DNA of 64,000 nt from Tubiluchus corallicola (lineage: Eukaryota; Animalia; Priapulida). The DNA lies in NCBI GenBank assembly GCA_030141605.1, contig JAQGDQ010000387.1, forward strand, positions 1-64,000, read 5' to 3'. The position numbers were made by a program, and so were the translations under genes. Shown here piece by piece: positions 62,904-64,000 of the stretch. The first letter of the stretch is position 1. Every line of letters starts with the position of its first letter. Under the pieces are notes generated by a model. That model ran no database searches. It was not told where the DNA came from and was given only the letters and a program-made list of their open reading frames with translations.

Positions 62904-63044
62904 GTAGTTGAATACATGGCATCTCTGGACATAATTTTACCTATCATAACTGGTGTCAGTTTAGCGCTACTTCTGATCACAGTAATGTTTGGAATTCGTT
63001 ATTGGATGAGGCATCGATCAGGTTACAAGGCAAGATTACAAAAG
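62904..63044 (+). CDS. Transmembrane exon of the glycoprotein gene
   Basis: (V)VEYMASLDIILPIITGVSLALLLITVMFGIRYWMRHRSGYKARLQK: one TM helix followed by basic stop-transfer residues; AAG|GTGGGT donor. The acceptor is at 62903 or 62907. Confidence 0.8.
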
Positions 63045-64000
63045 GTGGGTTTTGTATTTTTCTGTATCGCATATCGTACGCTAACGATTGTCCCCAGCAG
63101 AATTCAGTTCACATGCCCGTCTAGCCTATATCCAGCTAGCTCATATAAGTGTAGATTGCATCTGGATTTTGTTCATCATGGCGCGAATCCACGTAAAACT
63201 CGCACTGTGTCGGATTACGGTATTTTACTTCAACAGAAATTAGTTGAATCGAGAATTTTAGCGAATACACACGCGTATCTGGTAACCATTGGCTAGACGC
63301 ACAGTCTCCCAATAACGACAAAAGTTTGTGCTCAAATCCTAATTACAGACTGAAGACCTTAAAGGTCCTACGACACTATTTCCTAGTCTTTCCTAATTTT
63401 AAAACAGTTTGGATGCATGCTTTTATGTCATAATATGATAATATAAATTAAGTGCCGTTGGTACTGCCACATATATTATCGCCCACCATTACACCCAGTG
63501 CTGTGACGTCACGTCAGGAAGCGGCAATTAACAGCCGCAGTACAATAGACAGCCAGTGGCCCCAGCAAGCTTAGCACTGGGAACACTGAACGGAAGGGTT
63601 ACCAGGGTGTCAGTTGACCTTCAATTAGAAAGCTTCTTGCTTTAGAAGTACTAGTCAGTAGTCATGGTACTATTTAGTTCGATGCACACTAATACATCAT
63701 TATTAGACAAATAGTTCCTTGGCAGTGTAGTAATGCCGTTTAAAGTATGAATGTGCTGACTTGATCTTAAATTTGAACTCAATAAACACGATAACCCGGT
63801 AATTTAGTTCATACAGTAAATTTGTGATCCAGTCCGTAGGCCTACGGTGAATAAATTCGATTTACTCCTTTTTTGTCAGCATCTGGGTGAATAAACTTTA
63901 ATCCAAAACACTGAGTTTGACCTTTTCCACGGCACCAACATCATTGATGTTTTTTGCTTCTAGAGCCTATGATACACCAAAGCGTCCAGCGTTTGAAAAG

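Noticed and set aside
63018-63044. GYxxPhi lysosomal sorting motif in the glycoprotein tail (GYKARL)
   Set aside because: The Y+3 residue is Arg, not hydrophobic, so it does not fit the consensus; the rest of the tail is unresolved.
63541-63645. Possible last exon of the glycoprotein (YNRQPVAPASLALGTLNGRVTRVSVDLQLESFLL*)
   Set aside because: The phase fits but the acceptor has no pyrimidine tract, so it is not supportable without transcripts.

Overview
This is AT-rich eukaryotic genomic DNA with GT-AG introns, probably from an invertebrate metazoan (inference), so most entries in the ORF track are artefacts of tandem repeats. I found three protein-coding loci. (1) The first coding exon of a GPCR-like 7TM gene (minus strand, 10287-10610); I could not find its remaining exons. 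(2) A complete, phase-consistent 13-exon MFSD1-like lysosomal MFS transporter gene (minus strand, 29781-56503, 493 aa by manual splicing), whose introns hold many unrelated minisatellites and DNA-transposon derivatives. (3) A divergently oriented gene (plus strand, from 56820 or 58956 to beyond 63044) for a type-I membrane protein with a Cys-free, His/Asp/Asn/Lys-rich ectodomain carrying four near-identical 87-90 aa repeats. Mobile DNA includes an L2/CR1-type LINE 3' end fused to a 5S-rRNA-headed SINE-like element, a 2.76-kb TTAA-flanked transposon derivative with a nested hAT MITE, and several Tc1/pogo-, hAT-, PIF- and Kolobok-like MITEs. The best leads are the 5S-headed element, the MFSD1-like/glycoprotein head-to-head pair, and the splice junction just before the glycoprotein's TM exon. 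All calls were made by eye, with no database searches.
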